From the NCBI GenBank assembly GCA_963675785.1, contig OY776562.1:256001-320000 (forward strand): a stretch of DNA of 64,000 bases. The letters run 5' to 3'. The notes under the pieces were generated by a model. It was not told the origin of the DNA, made no database searches, and was given only the letters and a program-made list of their open reading frames with translations. This stretch comes from Anaerolineae bacterium (GTDB taxonomy: Bacteria; Chloroflexota; Anaerolineae; UBA1429). Shown here piece by piece: positions 41,898 through 51,603 of the stretch. The translations under genes were made by a program, and so were the position numbers. Numbering within the stretch: the stretch's first letter is position 1; the number at the start of each line of letters is the position of its first letter.

Positions 41898-42905
41898 ATG
41901 AATAGAGACATTTATTTACTAACCGGTGCTGCCGGAAATCTGGGAAGTAATATTTGCCGCGAGTTAATCGCTACTGGCAAAACCGTACGTGCTCTGGTAC
42001 TGAACGGTGATCCCGCGATTGTGCATGTGCCCGAGGAGGCAGACGTCTACTTGGGAGATGTGTTGGATGTCGTTTCGCTAGATGGATTCTTTGCCGTGCC
42101 GGAGGATGCGAACATTATTGTAATCCACTGTGCTAGTATCGTCTCACTGACCCCGAGATATAGCCAGAAAGTCCATGATGTGAACATTACGGGTACACAG
42201 AATATCCTCGACCAATGCGTCAAACATGGGGTTAAAAAGCTGGTTTACATCAGTTCCACCAGTGCGATCCCCGAACTGCCAGGCAATCAGCTCATTGTTG
42301 AGGTAAACCACTACGATCCGGACCCTATCGTCGGTTATTATGGCAAGTCTAAAGCTGAGGCTTCGCAGTTGGTGATGAACGCCGTCACTCAACATGATCT
42401 AGACGCTTCGCTTGTGTTTCCTACCGGTATCTTTGGTCCCTACGATTACGGATTTGGTCTGGTTACCAGTAATATCATCAATATGGTGCAGGGAAAGATA
42501 CCTGTTGGCATAGCTGGTTCCTTCAATGCTGCGGATGTGCGTGATCTTGCCGCGGGAGTGCTCTCTTGTTGCGATAAGGGGCGAAAGGGAGAGGGCTATA
42601 TCATGGGTAACGAGACCTTGACGATGCAGGATCTGTTTGACGCGATAGCTGAAGCCAGTGGTTGCAAGAGGATAACGACAATCTTGCCCATAGGCCTAGC
42701 CAAAGTACTTGCAGTTATCGTCGAGACGGCGAGCAAGATTATCAATAAACCCACCATATTGACGAAATTCACGATCTACAATCTCGCCCGCAATAACAAC
42801 TTTAGCAGTAAGAAGGCTGTTAATGAACTGGGATATCAATTTCGCCCCTTTTCAGATACTATCCGCGATGAGGTCCATTGGTTGCGCGAACAAGGTAGAA
42901 TCTGA
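41898..42905 (+). CDS. NAD-dependent epimerase/dehydratase (dihydroflavonol-reductase-like)
   Basis: TGAAGNLG, YISSTSA, YGKSK, ADVRDLA. Confidence 0.9.
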   Translation: MNRDIYLLTGAAGNLGSNICRELIATGKTVRALVLNGDPAIVHVPEEADVYLGDVLDVVSLDGFFAVPEDANIIVIHCASIVSLTPRYSQKVHDVNITGTQNILDQCVKHGVKKLVYISSTSAIPELPGNQLIVEVNHYDPDPIVGYYGKSKAEASQLVMNAVTQHDLDASLVFPTGIFGPYDYGFGLVTSNIINMVQGKIPVGIAGSFNAADVRDLAAGVLSCCDKGRKGEGYIMGNETLTMQDLFDAIAEASGCKRITTILPIGLAKVLAVIVETASKIINKPTILTKFTIYNLARNNNFSSKKAVNELGYQFRPFSDTIRDEVHWLREQGRI

Positions 42906-42919
42906 GAGGAATTCCTCTC

Positions 42920-43196
42920 AATCGCTCAAACAGGATCTCGAAGCCGTCCCCGCGAAACTGCGAGATTTGCTGTCCTTTGCGCTTACGTGGGGCATTGGCG
43001 ATGATGTCATTCGCGACGATTGGCACCAAAAGGCTGGCGAAGCGGACAAGGAAGCGTTGGTTCAAGGCTGACGGGGAAAACGGCGGCAATCAACGCCTGG
43101 CTGGATTCGTTCGGTGTGGGTGATATGTCCGCAGAGGCAGGAGCCTTTATGTACATGATGCTCGGTTTGGACGAGATGGGGCTTTATGGGGTGTGA
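42920..43196 (+). pseudogene. Start-less, frameshifted fragment of a small hypothetical protein
   Basis: ...VPAKLRDLLSFALTWGIGDDVIRDD...ALVQG continues after a 1-nt shift near 43068 as LTGKTAAINAWLDSFG...AFMYMMLGLDEMGLYGV*. Confidence 0.55.
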
Positions 43197-43357
43197 GCAC
43201 AGCGATTTACAATCGAGTTGGGGTCAGCTAACCCTCTTCCTGTATGGAAGGGGGCGTTTTTAACGCTCATGCTTTCTGCCTCGATGGATTGGCTTGTTTC
43301 ATATATAATCGTGGTTATGGTTTCAAATCATCTGAATGCGAGAAAAAAAGTATACTC

Positions 43358-44293
43358 ATGTCGCCTCGATGCCAGATCTGGCAATCCCCAACTCACTCCT
43401 CATCTGCGCGCCTGGCTGGGCAAGCCCTTGTTGCCTCGGCGGAGCGGGCTGTCACTGAGTACACAGGGCGGCAGTGGCTGGTTCAAGAGGCCAAGGATGT
43501 CTCCGACCTGGCGTCTCACCCCGCCGCCATTCTCTCGAACGGCTCTTATGCTGTGTTTGCCAAGTTTAGCGATGCGCCGAACGGATACGAGCAATTTGAG
43601 ATCGAGATGGCAGGGCTGCGTCTTCTTTCTGAGCGCGCAGGTGTGCTGGTGCCAGTGCCCATCGGCATTATCCCAGTCAATGGTGGAAGTGTCTTCCTTC
43701 TTGAAGCTGTGCAAGCTGTTCATAGGACGCCGCACCACTGGCGGCAAGTTGGTCAGACATTGGCCCGCATCCACCAGATCAAAGGGGAGCGGTTTGGCCT
43801 GGAAACGCACAGCTACTTTGGGGCTCTCTATCAAGATAATACGCTGATGAACGATTGGCCGACATTCTATGCGGAACGCCGGCTTGTACCTGGGTTGAGG
43901 GTAGCTATCGACTCTGGCAACATGCCTGCTGATGTGGCAGCACAGGTCGAGCAGTTGATTGCACGTCTCCCTTTGGTTTGCGGCCCCAATGTTGCGCCTG
44001 CGCTCCTCCATGGCGATGCCCAGCAGAACAATTTCATTAGCAGCGAAAAGGGTGCCTACGTTATCGATCCAGCGGTGTACTATGGCACCCCGGAGATGGA
44101 TTTGGCTAGCGTCGATTTCTTTCAAGCGGTGCCGGAGGATCTTTTCGAAGGGTATCGCGAGGTGCTGCCCATTGCTCCGGGTTTCGAAGAGCGGCGTGAT
44201 TTGTGGCGTGTGTGGGGATATCTCGGCTGCGTAGCTCTTGCTGGCGAGAGTTATTTGGCCAAGTTAATCAGGGCTGTTCGTCGCTATTTGTAG
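43358..44293 (+). CDS. Fructosamine kinase family protein
   Basis: VFAK, EMAGL, FGLE, LLHGD..QNN, IDPAVYYG.PEMDL. Confidence 0.85.
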   Translation: MSPRCQIWQSPTHSSSARLAGQALVASAERAVTEYTGRQWLVQEAKDVSDLASHPAAILSNGSYAVFAKFSDAPNGYEQFEIEMAGLRLLSERAGVLVPVPIGIIPVNGGSVFLLEAVQAVHRTPHHWRQVGQTLARIHQIKGERFGLETHSYFGALYQDNTLMNDWPTFYAERRLVPGLRVAIDSGNMPADVAAQVEQLIARLPLVCGPNVAPALLHGDAQQNNFISSEKGAYVIDPAVYYGTPEMDLASVDFFQAVPEDLFEGYREVLPIAPGFEERRDLWRVWGYLGCVALAGESYLAKLIRAVRRYL

Positions 44294-44426
44294 CGTTACT
44301 ATCTATTACTCTGTATTGCATTGACGCATGCCTTTGAAGTGGGCTCTATCTAGGTTGCACTCCACTCTCTTTTCGCTTATTGTATCTCCTGTATCTCCAC
44401 GCAAATTCTTATCAGGAGCTGCCTTT

Positions 44427-45206
44427 ATGGATCCGCTTTTTTCTGTTATTTTGCCCACCTACAACCGCGCCTATGTGCTGTGGCGTGCCATACAGAGCGT
44501 CATTGCCCAAACCGAGCCACGCTGGGAGCTGATGGTAGTCGACGATGGCTCTACCGACGACACACTGCGCCTGCTAGAGGAATTTCGCGATCCACGTATT
44601 TGCACCTTTAGTATTACCAATGGCGGAGCTTCGGCGGCGCGCAACTATGGCGCACGTCAGACCCAGGCTCCTTATCTTGCTTATATCGATTCGGATAATA
44701 CATGGCACGCAGAGTACCTCGCTACCATGCTGCGAGCAATTGAAAGGCACCCCGATGGCGTGCTCTGGTATTGCGGGCAGAACACAAGCCTCTGGCAGCG
44801 CAATGCTGCTCGCACCTGGATGTTGGAGCATGTGCTGGTCGAGCCTCGTGCTCAGTATAGTCCGGAGGATGTGTTGCAATTATGCGGTGCAGATACCAAC
44901 TGCATTGTGCATACACGTCCTTTGCTTAAAGAATTGGGAGGGTGGGATGAGGCCTGTTCTTTCTTGGAGGATTGGGACTTGTTTGCCCGTTGTGTACAGC
45001 GCTATCCCAGTCGAATCTACTGGGTGCCCAAGATTCTGGTGGAGTACCGACAGGTTTACGGCGCGGCAGCCGATGGCTTGTGCGCTTCTGCCGTGCAGGA
45101 CCCCGCCCGCAAACGCGCCCAATGGCGTTATCTCGTTGAAAAGTGGCGCTCTCAGCCCGGTTTTGAAGCTACAGCGCAGCTTCTGACGGAAAAACACCTC
45201 AGTTAG
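44427..45206 (+). CDS. Glycosyltransferase family 2
   Basis: SVILPTYNRA, VDDGSTD, ARNYG, IDSD, EDWDL. Confidence 0.9.
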   Translation: MDPLFSVILPTYNRAYVLWRAIQSVIAQTEPRWELMVVDDGSTDDTLRLLEEFRDPRICTFSITNGGASAARNYGARQTQAPYLAYIDSDNTWHAEYLATMLRAIERHPDGVLWYCGQNTSLWQRNAARTWMLEHVLVEPRAQYSPEDVLQLCGADTNCIVHTRPLLKELGGWDEACSFLEDWDLFARCVQRYPSRIYWVPKILVEYRQVYGAAADGLCASAVQDPARKRAQWRYLVEKWRSQPGFEATAQLLTEKHLS

Positions 45207-45725
45207 TTTGTCTTAAAGCTATTCAGCTTCTGTTGCGATTGTGGTACTGATCAATAGGGTATCAAGTGCGTATTCGCAATATTGGCAGGTGCACACTTGG
45301 AAAATCTGAAATCACCCACGAGTGTTCATCCATAGAGGGGGCCTTTTGTCCCGCTGCCAAAGACTTTTCGATCAAGCGATATCCCAAATGTTACAAAAGG
45401 GCATCATTCCCTCATCGAGATTTCGAAAATGGGAGTATAAAGCGGTTCCAGGTATAGATGCAGGCCTTTTTCCTGCTAATACTTGCGCTATGGCTTGAAG
45501 AATGACCCTCACTAAAGTATGATAGAGGTACTTTGAACAGACTCCCCGTATTGACTCCAAACTCACCCCTTTGTTACGGCAAATGCTGGCACTGAAGGTA
45601 TGATGAAAGAGCTAGAGTAGGAGACGGCTCAAAGTGCGAGAGCGGGGCGGAATCCGACGACGGCAAACTTTTGGCCGAGAGTCGAGCCGAACAGGTGTCA
45701 TCGAGAGAAACAGGAGGATCACACC

Positions 45726-45926
45726 ATGAGCAAGAAAGAAGATCGACCTGTAGAAAAGTCCAAGGACAAGTCTAAAGACAAGCCAGTGGAAGAGCCGACC
45801 AAGAAGGCCACGGGTAAGTCCGAGGAAGAACCGACCAAAAAGTCCAAGGACAAGTCGGGCGATAAGAAGGACAAAAAGTCCAAGAAAGACAAGAAAGATA
45901 AAAAATCCAAGAAGGACAAAAAGTAA
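45726..45926 (+). CDS. Small Lys/Asp-rich low-complexity protein
   Basis: AGGAGG SD; 28 of 66 residues are Lys; the repeats use mixed synonymous codons. Confidence 0.7.
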   Translation: MSKKEDRPVEKSKDKSKDKPVEEPTKKATGKSEEEPTKKSKDKSGDKKDKKSKKDKKDKKSKKDKK

Positions 45927-46191
45927 TCTGCTGAGAGCGAAAACTGCGTAAGAGAGCAGATTGAATAAGAGCTAGACAAGGGCAAGTATATTAGTACGAG
46001 GGGCCTACTTGGACGAAACCCTGGTTGAGATTGCCTTTGGGCTCGGGGTTGTGTATGGCGAGTTTTATCATCAAACGGCGAGGTTATCTGCTTGGGTACG
46101 AGTGTTCAACGGCAGATGCCTCGCTTGTTTGTAGTAATACAATAGATCGCAAGAACTATGAGATTTTGGACAAAGGTGGAAAGCACATCCT

Positions 46192-47679
46192 ATGGAAACG
46201 AATGAAAGACGGCATCGTGATATTCTGCGGCGTATCGCCTACAAGGTGATGGTTGAGCGGGGACTGCTCCCCGATTTTTCCACCAGGGCACTCGCCGAAC
46301 TCGACCGAATTCAGGCACCGGTGACCGAGAGCGCCGGCCCCATTCGTGACTTGGCAGATCTTTTGTGGGCTTCCATCGACAACGATGATTCACTCGACCT
46401 GGACCAATTGACTGTGGCCGAGGCACTGCCAGAAGACAAAGCGCGCATTTTCGTTGCTGTGGCTGATGTGGATTCGCTGGTTAAGGATGAATCTGGTCTC
46501 GACCTACACGCTCGCCACAACACTTCTTCCGTCTATACCGCCGGCGGGATATTCCCCATGCTCCCCGAAAGGCTCTCCACCGACCTGACCTCTCTGGGAT
46601 TGAATGAAAACCGTCTGGCCATTGTCATCGAGATGGTGATTGGGCCGGACGGATCCCTTCAGAGCTCAGATATCTATATGGCGCGGGTGCGCAATCATGC
46701 CAAGCTTGTTTACAGCAGCGTTGCTGCCTGGCTGGAAGGGCGGGGAGTGATGCCCGAGGCTATCGCTGAGGTCGACGGTTTGGAGGAAAACCTGCGTCTT
46801 CAGGATGTAACAGCGCAAAAGATGAAAAACCTCCGGCATACGCATGGCGCCCTTACGTTGGAGACCATTGAGGTCAGCCCTGTGTTCGAAGGCGACGAAA
46901 TCCGCGACCTTGTCGTGGAGGAAAAGAACCGTGCGACAGAGATCATTGAGGATTTCATGATTGCGGCAAATGGCGTCACCGCGCGCTTTCTTACCGCTAA
47001 GGGATTTCCCTCCATTCGGCGCGTGGTGCGCATTCCCAAGCGCTGGGAGCGGATCGTCGAGATTGCCGACGAACACGGGTTCGAGCTCCCCAGCACTGCG
47101 GACTCAAAGGCGCTGGAAGCGTTTCTGACGCAGCAAAGAGCGGCGGATCCCACTGGGTTTCCCGATCTCTCCCTGACCGTTATCAAGCTCCTGGGTTCTG
47201 GTGAGTATGTTGCCGAAGCCCCACAAGGCACAGCCCCTGGGCATTTTGGCCTTGCCGTGAAGGACTATACCCACTCGACGGCCCCTAATCGCCGCTACAC
47301 CGATCTCATAACTCAGCGCCTTTTGAAGGCCGTCCTGGCAAAGCAGCCCTTATCTTACAGCCTTGATGAATTACAGGCCCTCGCCAAACATTGTACAGAG
47401 CAAGAAGACGTGGTAAACAAGGTTGAGAGGCAGGTTGGTAAATCCGCCGCTGCGCTGCTGCTCGAGGATAGGATTGGCGAGGAATTCGATGCCGTTGTGA
47501 CGGGTGCCTCTATCAAGGGCACCTGGGTTCGACTTTTCAGTATGCCCATCGAGGGCAAGCTAGTGCAGGGTTATGAGGGCGCAGACGTGGCCGACCGGAT
47601 GCGTGTCAAACTGGTCTCGGTTAGCGTCGAGCGAGGGTTCATCGATTTTGTGGGCCTATCTGCTCCGCACCGCAGCTGA
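46192..47679 (+). CDS. RNB-domain exoribonuclease (short RNase II/R family)
   Basis: SIDNDDSLDLDQ, IEDFMIAAN, YTHSTAPNRRYTDL, C-terminal S1 domain; no N-terminal cold-shock domains. Confidence 0.92.
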   Translation: METNERRHRDILRRIAYKVMVERGLLPDFSTRALAELDRIQAPVTESAGPIRDLADLLWASIDNDDSLDLDQLTVAEALPEDKARIFVAVADVDSLVKDESGLDLHARHNTSSVYTAGGIFPMLPERLSTDLTSLGLNENRLAIVIEMVIGPDGSLQSSDIYMARVRNHAKLVYSSVAAWLEGRGVMPEAIAEVDGLEENLRLQDVTAQKMKNLRHTHGALTLETIEVSPVFEGDEIRDLVVEEKNRATEIIEDFMIAANGVTARFLTAKGFPSIRRVVRIPKRWERIVEIADEHGFELPSTADSKALEAFLTQQRAADPTGFPDLSLTVIKLLGSGEYVAEAPQGTAPGHFGLAVKDYTHSTAPNRRYTDLITQRLLKAVLAKQPLSYSLDELQALAKHCTEQEDVVNKVERQVGKSAAALLLEDRIGEEFDAVVTGASIKGTWVRLFSMPIEGKLVQGYEGADVADRMRVKLVSVSVERGFIDFVGLSAPHRS

Positions 47680-47782
47680 TATCCGTCACGGTCTGCGTTA
47701 TGCTTGCTTTTTGAACGTTGTCCTGGTTGCTACTTGGCTTGTGTTAGGATTGATCAGAGACCCCACGAATGGGAGGCTGACC

Positions 47783-48661
47783 ATGATGCGAACACTGGAA
47801 GGCAAGATCGCTCTGGTGGCAGGGGCTACACGCGGTGCTGGCCGAGGTATCGCTGTGGAATTGGGCGCCGCTGGTGCGACGGTCTATGTGACTGGGCGTA
47901 CCACGCGCACGCACCGCTCAGAATATAATCGCCCCGAGACAATCGAAGAGACAGCCGAATTAGTGAACGCCGCTGGAGGAGTAGGTATCGCTGTGCCCAC
48001 AGATCATCTCCAACCAGAACAGGTCAAGGAACTGGTGGAGTTGATCGACACACAACACGGTCGGCTGGATATCCTGGTCAATGATATTTGGGGTGGAGAG
48101 CAGCTTGCGGAATGGTTCAAGCCAGTTTGGGAGCATTCACTGGAAAATGGGCTGCATATTCTGCGGTTGGCCGTCGATACACATATCATTACCAGTCATT
48201 TTGCACTACCGTTGCTCATTCGTAACAAGAGCGGTTTAGTGATCGAGATGACCGACGGTACCGCCGACTATAACAACGCCCATTACCGTCTGTGCATGTA
48301 CTATGATCAGGCGAAAACTTCGGTGATCCGTATGGCTTGGGCCTTGGCTCAAGAGCTCAAACCTTATGCGTGCACTGCTGTAGCATTGACGCCGGGGTGG
48401 ATGCGTTCCGAGATGATGCTAGAGAATTTCGGAGTGACCGAGGCCAACTGGCGCGATGGCGCTGCCAAGGATCCCGGGTTTATCAATTCTGAGACGCCAC
48501 ATTTTGTGGGACGGGCCGTAGCCGCGCTGGCTGCTGATGCCGACCATGGGCGCTTCACTGGGCAGTCGCTTTCCAGTATTCAATTGGCGCACGTTTATGG
48601 CTTTACCGATCTTGATGGGCGTCAGCCCGATTGTTGGAAGCACATTGAGGAAGAGGACTGA
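47783..48661 (+). CDS. SDR family oxidoreductase
   Basis: VAGATRGAGRG, LDILVND, YDQAK. Confidence 0.9.
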   Translation: MMRTLEGKIALVAGATRGAGRGIAVELGAAGATVYVTGRTTRTHRSEYNRPETIEETAELVNAAGGVGIAVPTDHLQPEQVKELVELIDTQHGRLDILVNDIWGGEQLAEWFKPVWEHSLENGLHILRLAVDTHIITSHFALPLLIRNKSGLVIEMTDGTADYNNAHYRLCMYYDQAKTSVIRMAWALAQELKPYACTAVALTPGWMRSEMMLENFGVTEANWRDGAAKDPGFINSETPHFVGRAVAALAADADHGRFTGQSLSSIQLAHVYGFTDLDGRQPDCWKHIEEED

Positions 48662-48694
48662 CGTTTTGCAGGGAGATGCCATTCAAAGGAGAGA

Positions 48695-49426
48695 ATGATG
48701 CAATGTGAAGGGAAGGTGGCGCTGGTTACAGGCGCTGCGGGCAATGGCATGGGACGCAGTATCGCGTTGACGTTGGCTCGCGAAGGGGCCAGCGTGGTAG
48801 TGAATTATCTCACCAGCAAGGCTTCGGCTGAGGCCATTGTGGCGCACATCGAGGCGCAGGGCGGTAGTGCCATGGCGGTGCAGGCGGACATTTGCAAGCA
48901 GGATGACTGCAAACAGCTGGTGGACGCTGTTATTGCGTGCTATGGCCAAGTGGACATTTGCATTGTGGGCCCTGGTGCTGGTTGGAATGCTGAACCCATC
49001 GACCAGCTCGATCCCGCTAACGCCCTGGATGACCTGCATCGTGAGGTAGCGCCGCTCTATTACCTGATGCCGCTGGTGCTTCCGGGCATGGCCGAACGCC
49101 ACTGGGGGCGGATTATGGCTATTGGCATCAACCCCACCAAGCCATCGCCAGCGCTTTCGTACAATGCTTCCAAAGCGGCGCGAGCACAGACTTTGCTGAT
49201 GACCGAAAAGACGGCCTGGAAACAGGGTGTGACGGTGAATGTGATTGGACCGGCGCCGGTGGAGGGCATCGAGAGTCTGGAAAAGGCAGTGGAACTGTGT
49301 GAGCATGGCCCTGCCTGGCAGGAACGAAGCAATGTTACACCGCAGGATATGGCCGAGGGCGTGGCTTTTCTCTGTTCGGATGCGGGGCGTTATGTGACGG
49401 GTTGCGTGCTACCTTATTCATTCTAG
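48695..49426 (+). CDS. SDR family oxidoreductase
   Basis: TGAAGNGMG, YNASK, YVTG. Confidence 0.9.
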   Translation: MMQCEGKVALVTGAAGNGMGRSIALTLAREGASVVVNYLTSKASAEAIVAHIEAQGGSAMAVQADICKQDDCKQLVDAVIACYGQVDICIVGPGAGWNAEPIDQLDPANALDDLHREVAPLYYLMPLVLPGMAERHWGRIMAIGINPTKPSPALSYNASKAARAQTLLMTEKTAWKQGVTVNVIGPAPVEGIESLEKAVELCEHGPAWQERSNVTPQDMAEGVAFLCSDAGRYVTGCVLPYSF

Positions 49427-49445
49427 GAGTAGGAGCACTGGCACT

Positions 49446-49473
49446 AAGCCTTCTCAGTAAGTGAAGGCTTTTT
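49446..49473 (+). terminator. Intrinsic terminator
   Basis: AAGCCTTC...GAAGGCTTTTT. Confidence 0.75.
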
Positions 49474-49587
49474 CTTGTTTGTCTTTCCTAGTAGTCTGAT
49501 ATCGCGAGTAGCAGTCGAGTAGGAATCGATAGGTCAAGCACTAAGGTTTATATAGGCGGTTTTGGTATAAGCGGCAAAACTGTATAG

Positions 49588-49607
49588 AATGTTAGCTAGC
49601 TAACATT
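49588..49607. promoter_or_regulatory. Perfect 20-bp palindrome, putative repressor operator
   Basis: AATGTTAGCTAGCTAACATT, overlapping a TAGAAT -10-like element. Confidence 0.7.
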
Positions 49608-49863
49608 TAAATATTGTGTGGCCGAGCGATTGATCGTATAGGCTGTCTCAGAGCGGAGTGACGCTTGATGCAGCCTATCTCAATCATTGGCAGTAGTGAA
49701 AGAGGAGGTGCTGGAAAAATACTAGGCGACGGGCTTTTTTTATGGCTGCTTGAAGTGTTCGTGATTCCGATTCAAATTTCGCCACGACTTGTGGCTGAGA
49801 AAGTAGAAAATTGCCGTTCAATGAGGCCATTTTACGATAACGATAGATATTCAGAGGACGACG

Positions 49864-51603
49864 ATGATCAAACGATTATTAGCTAGTGTTAGAGAATACA
49901 AAAAAGATTCGATTCTTGCGCCGGTTTCGGTGACCCTCGAAGTGGTTTTGGAGGTCATCATCCCGTTGGTGATGGCCAACCTGATCGATTATGGCATCAA
50001 CGCAGGCAATCTGAACTATATCTGGCGAACCGGTGGCTTATTGGTCTTAGCTGCCATGTTCTCGCTGCTTTTTGGCGCACTGGCGGGGAATTTCGCCGCC
50101 AAAGCCGCTGCGGGCTTTGCCAAGAACCTGCGGCAAGACATGTACTATAATGTGCAGAATTTCTCGTTTTCCAACATTGACAAATTCTCCACAGCAAGCC
50201 TGGTTACACGCTTGACGACTGATGTGACCAACGTGCAGAACGCCTACATGATGATTGTCCGCGTGGCGGTGCGCAGCCCAGTCATGCTGATTTTCTCGCT
50301 TATCATGGCGTTCAGTATCAACAAAGAGCTTTCATTGATCTATCTCGCCGCTATCCCCTTTTTGGGCTTTGGTTTGTATCTTATTATGAGCCATGCGCAT
50401 CCCATCTTTGAGCGTGTGTTTCGTACATACGACAAGCTAAACAACATGGTCCAAGAGAACCTACGCGGCATTCGCGTGGTCAAATCTTTCGTAAGAGAAG
50501 ATCACGAAGAGAAAAAGTTTGGCGATATTTCAGAGAGAATCTACAACGACTTTTCCAAGGCCGAGAAACTGCTTTCCTTCAATATGCCGCTGATGCAGTT
50601 CTGCATGTATGCCTGTACACTGCTGGTCTCGTGGTTTGGGGCCAAATTGATCGTTGGCGGATCGATGAGCACTGGCCAGTTGATCAGCCTCATCTATTAT
50701 GCGATGCAAATCCTGATGAGCCTGATGATGCTCTCCTTTGTGTTCGTGATGATTACGATTTCGCGGGCCTCGGCAGAAAGAATCTGTGAGGTGCTCGCAG
50801 AAGTGCCTGATCTGCACGATAACGACGCCCCGAATTTTCATATTGCGGATGGCTCGATTCGGTTTCGGGATGTGGATTTCAGCTATGCCAAGGATAAAAA
50901 CAGGTTGTGTCTCCGTCGGGTGAATCTGGATATCGAATCGGGGCAGACCATTGGCATTATCGGGGGAACGGGTAGCTCCAAAACAACGCTGGTGCAGCTC
51001 ATCCCGCGCCTCTACGATGTGACGGATGGTGCTGTGCTGGTGGGCGGCGTGAATGTGCGCGATTACGATATCGAGGCACTGCGCCAGCAGGTGGCCATGG
51101 TGCTGCAAAAGAACACGCTGTTTTCTGGCACGATCAAGGAAAACCTTCGATGGGGTGATGAGGATGCCTCGGATGAAGAGTTGGTGCGCGTTTGCAAGCT
51201 GGCTCAGGCGGATGATTTCATTCGCAGCTTCCCGGATGGATACGATACCCATATCGAACAGGGTGGCACGAACGTATCTGGTGGGCAAAAGCAACGATTG
51301 TGTATCGCCCGGGCGTTGCTGAAAAAGCCCAAGATATTGATTTTGGATGATTCGACCAGTGCCGTGGATACCAAGACGGACGCCCAGATTCGCAAGGCGT
51401 TCCGCGAGGAAATACCGGATACGACCAAGCTGATCATCGCACAGCGCGTGGCCTCGATCGAGGATGCTGACAAGATCATTGTGATGGAAGATGGTCGGAT
51501 TGACGCTGTGGGAACACACCAAGAGCTTTTGGCGCATAACCCGATCTACCAAGAGGTCTATCATTCACAGGTACGGGGCGCGAGCTTGAATGGGGCGGCA
51601 TGA
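49864..51603 (+). CDS. Heterodimeric ABC exporter subunit A (TMD+NBD, degenerate site)
   Basis: GGTGSSKT, VSGGQKQR, ILDD, IAQR. Confidence 0.93.
   Translation: MIKRLLASVREYKKDSILAPVSVTLEVVLEVIIPLVMANLIDYGINAGNLNYIWRTGGLLVLAAMFSLLFGALAGNFAAKAAAGFAKNLRQDMYYNVQNFSFSNIDKFSTASLVTRLTTDVTNVQNAYMMIVRVAVRSPVMLIFSLIMAFSINKELSLIYLAAIPFLGFGLYLIMSHAHPIFERVFRTYDKLNNMVQENLRGIRVVKSFVREDHEEKKFGDISERIYNDFSKAEKLLSFNMPLMQFCMYACTLLVSWFGAKLIVGGSMSTGQLISLIYYAMQILMSLMMLSFVFVMITISRASAERICEVLAEVPDLHDNDAPNFHIADGSIRFRDVDFSYAKDKNRLCLRRVNLDIESGQTIGIIGGTGSSKTTLVQLIPRLYDVTDGAVLVGGVNVRDYDIEALRQQVAMVLQKNTLFSGTIKENLRWGDEDASDEELVRVCKLAQADDFIRSFPDGYDTHIEQGGTNVSGGQKQRLCIARALLKKPKILILDDSTSAVDTKTDAQIRKAFREEIPDTTKLIIAQRVASIEDADKIIVMEDGRIDAVGTHQELLAHNPIYQEVYHSQVRGASLNGAA

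Noticed and set aside
45266-45566. Short ORFs between the GT2 and the Lys-rich gene
   Set aside because: No SD and no recognisable motifs.
45620-45700. Possible c-di-GMP-I riboswitch (GGCAAAC) in the leader of the Lys-rich ORF
   Set aside because: No GNRA-capped P2 or GCAAAG/receptor elements were found.
42900-49540. Integron cassette array (co-oriented single genes, imperfect hairpins such as 49485-49526)
   Set aside because: No paired RYYYAAC/GTTRRRY attC cores and no intI gene; the spacers are long and carry their own promoters.
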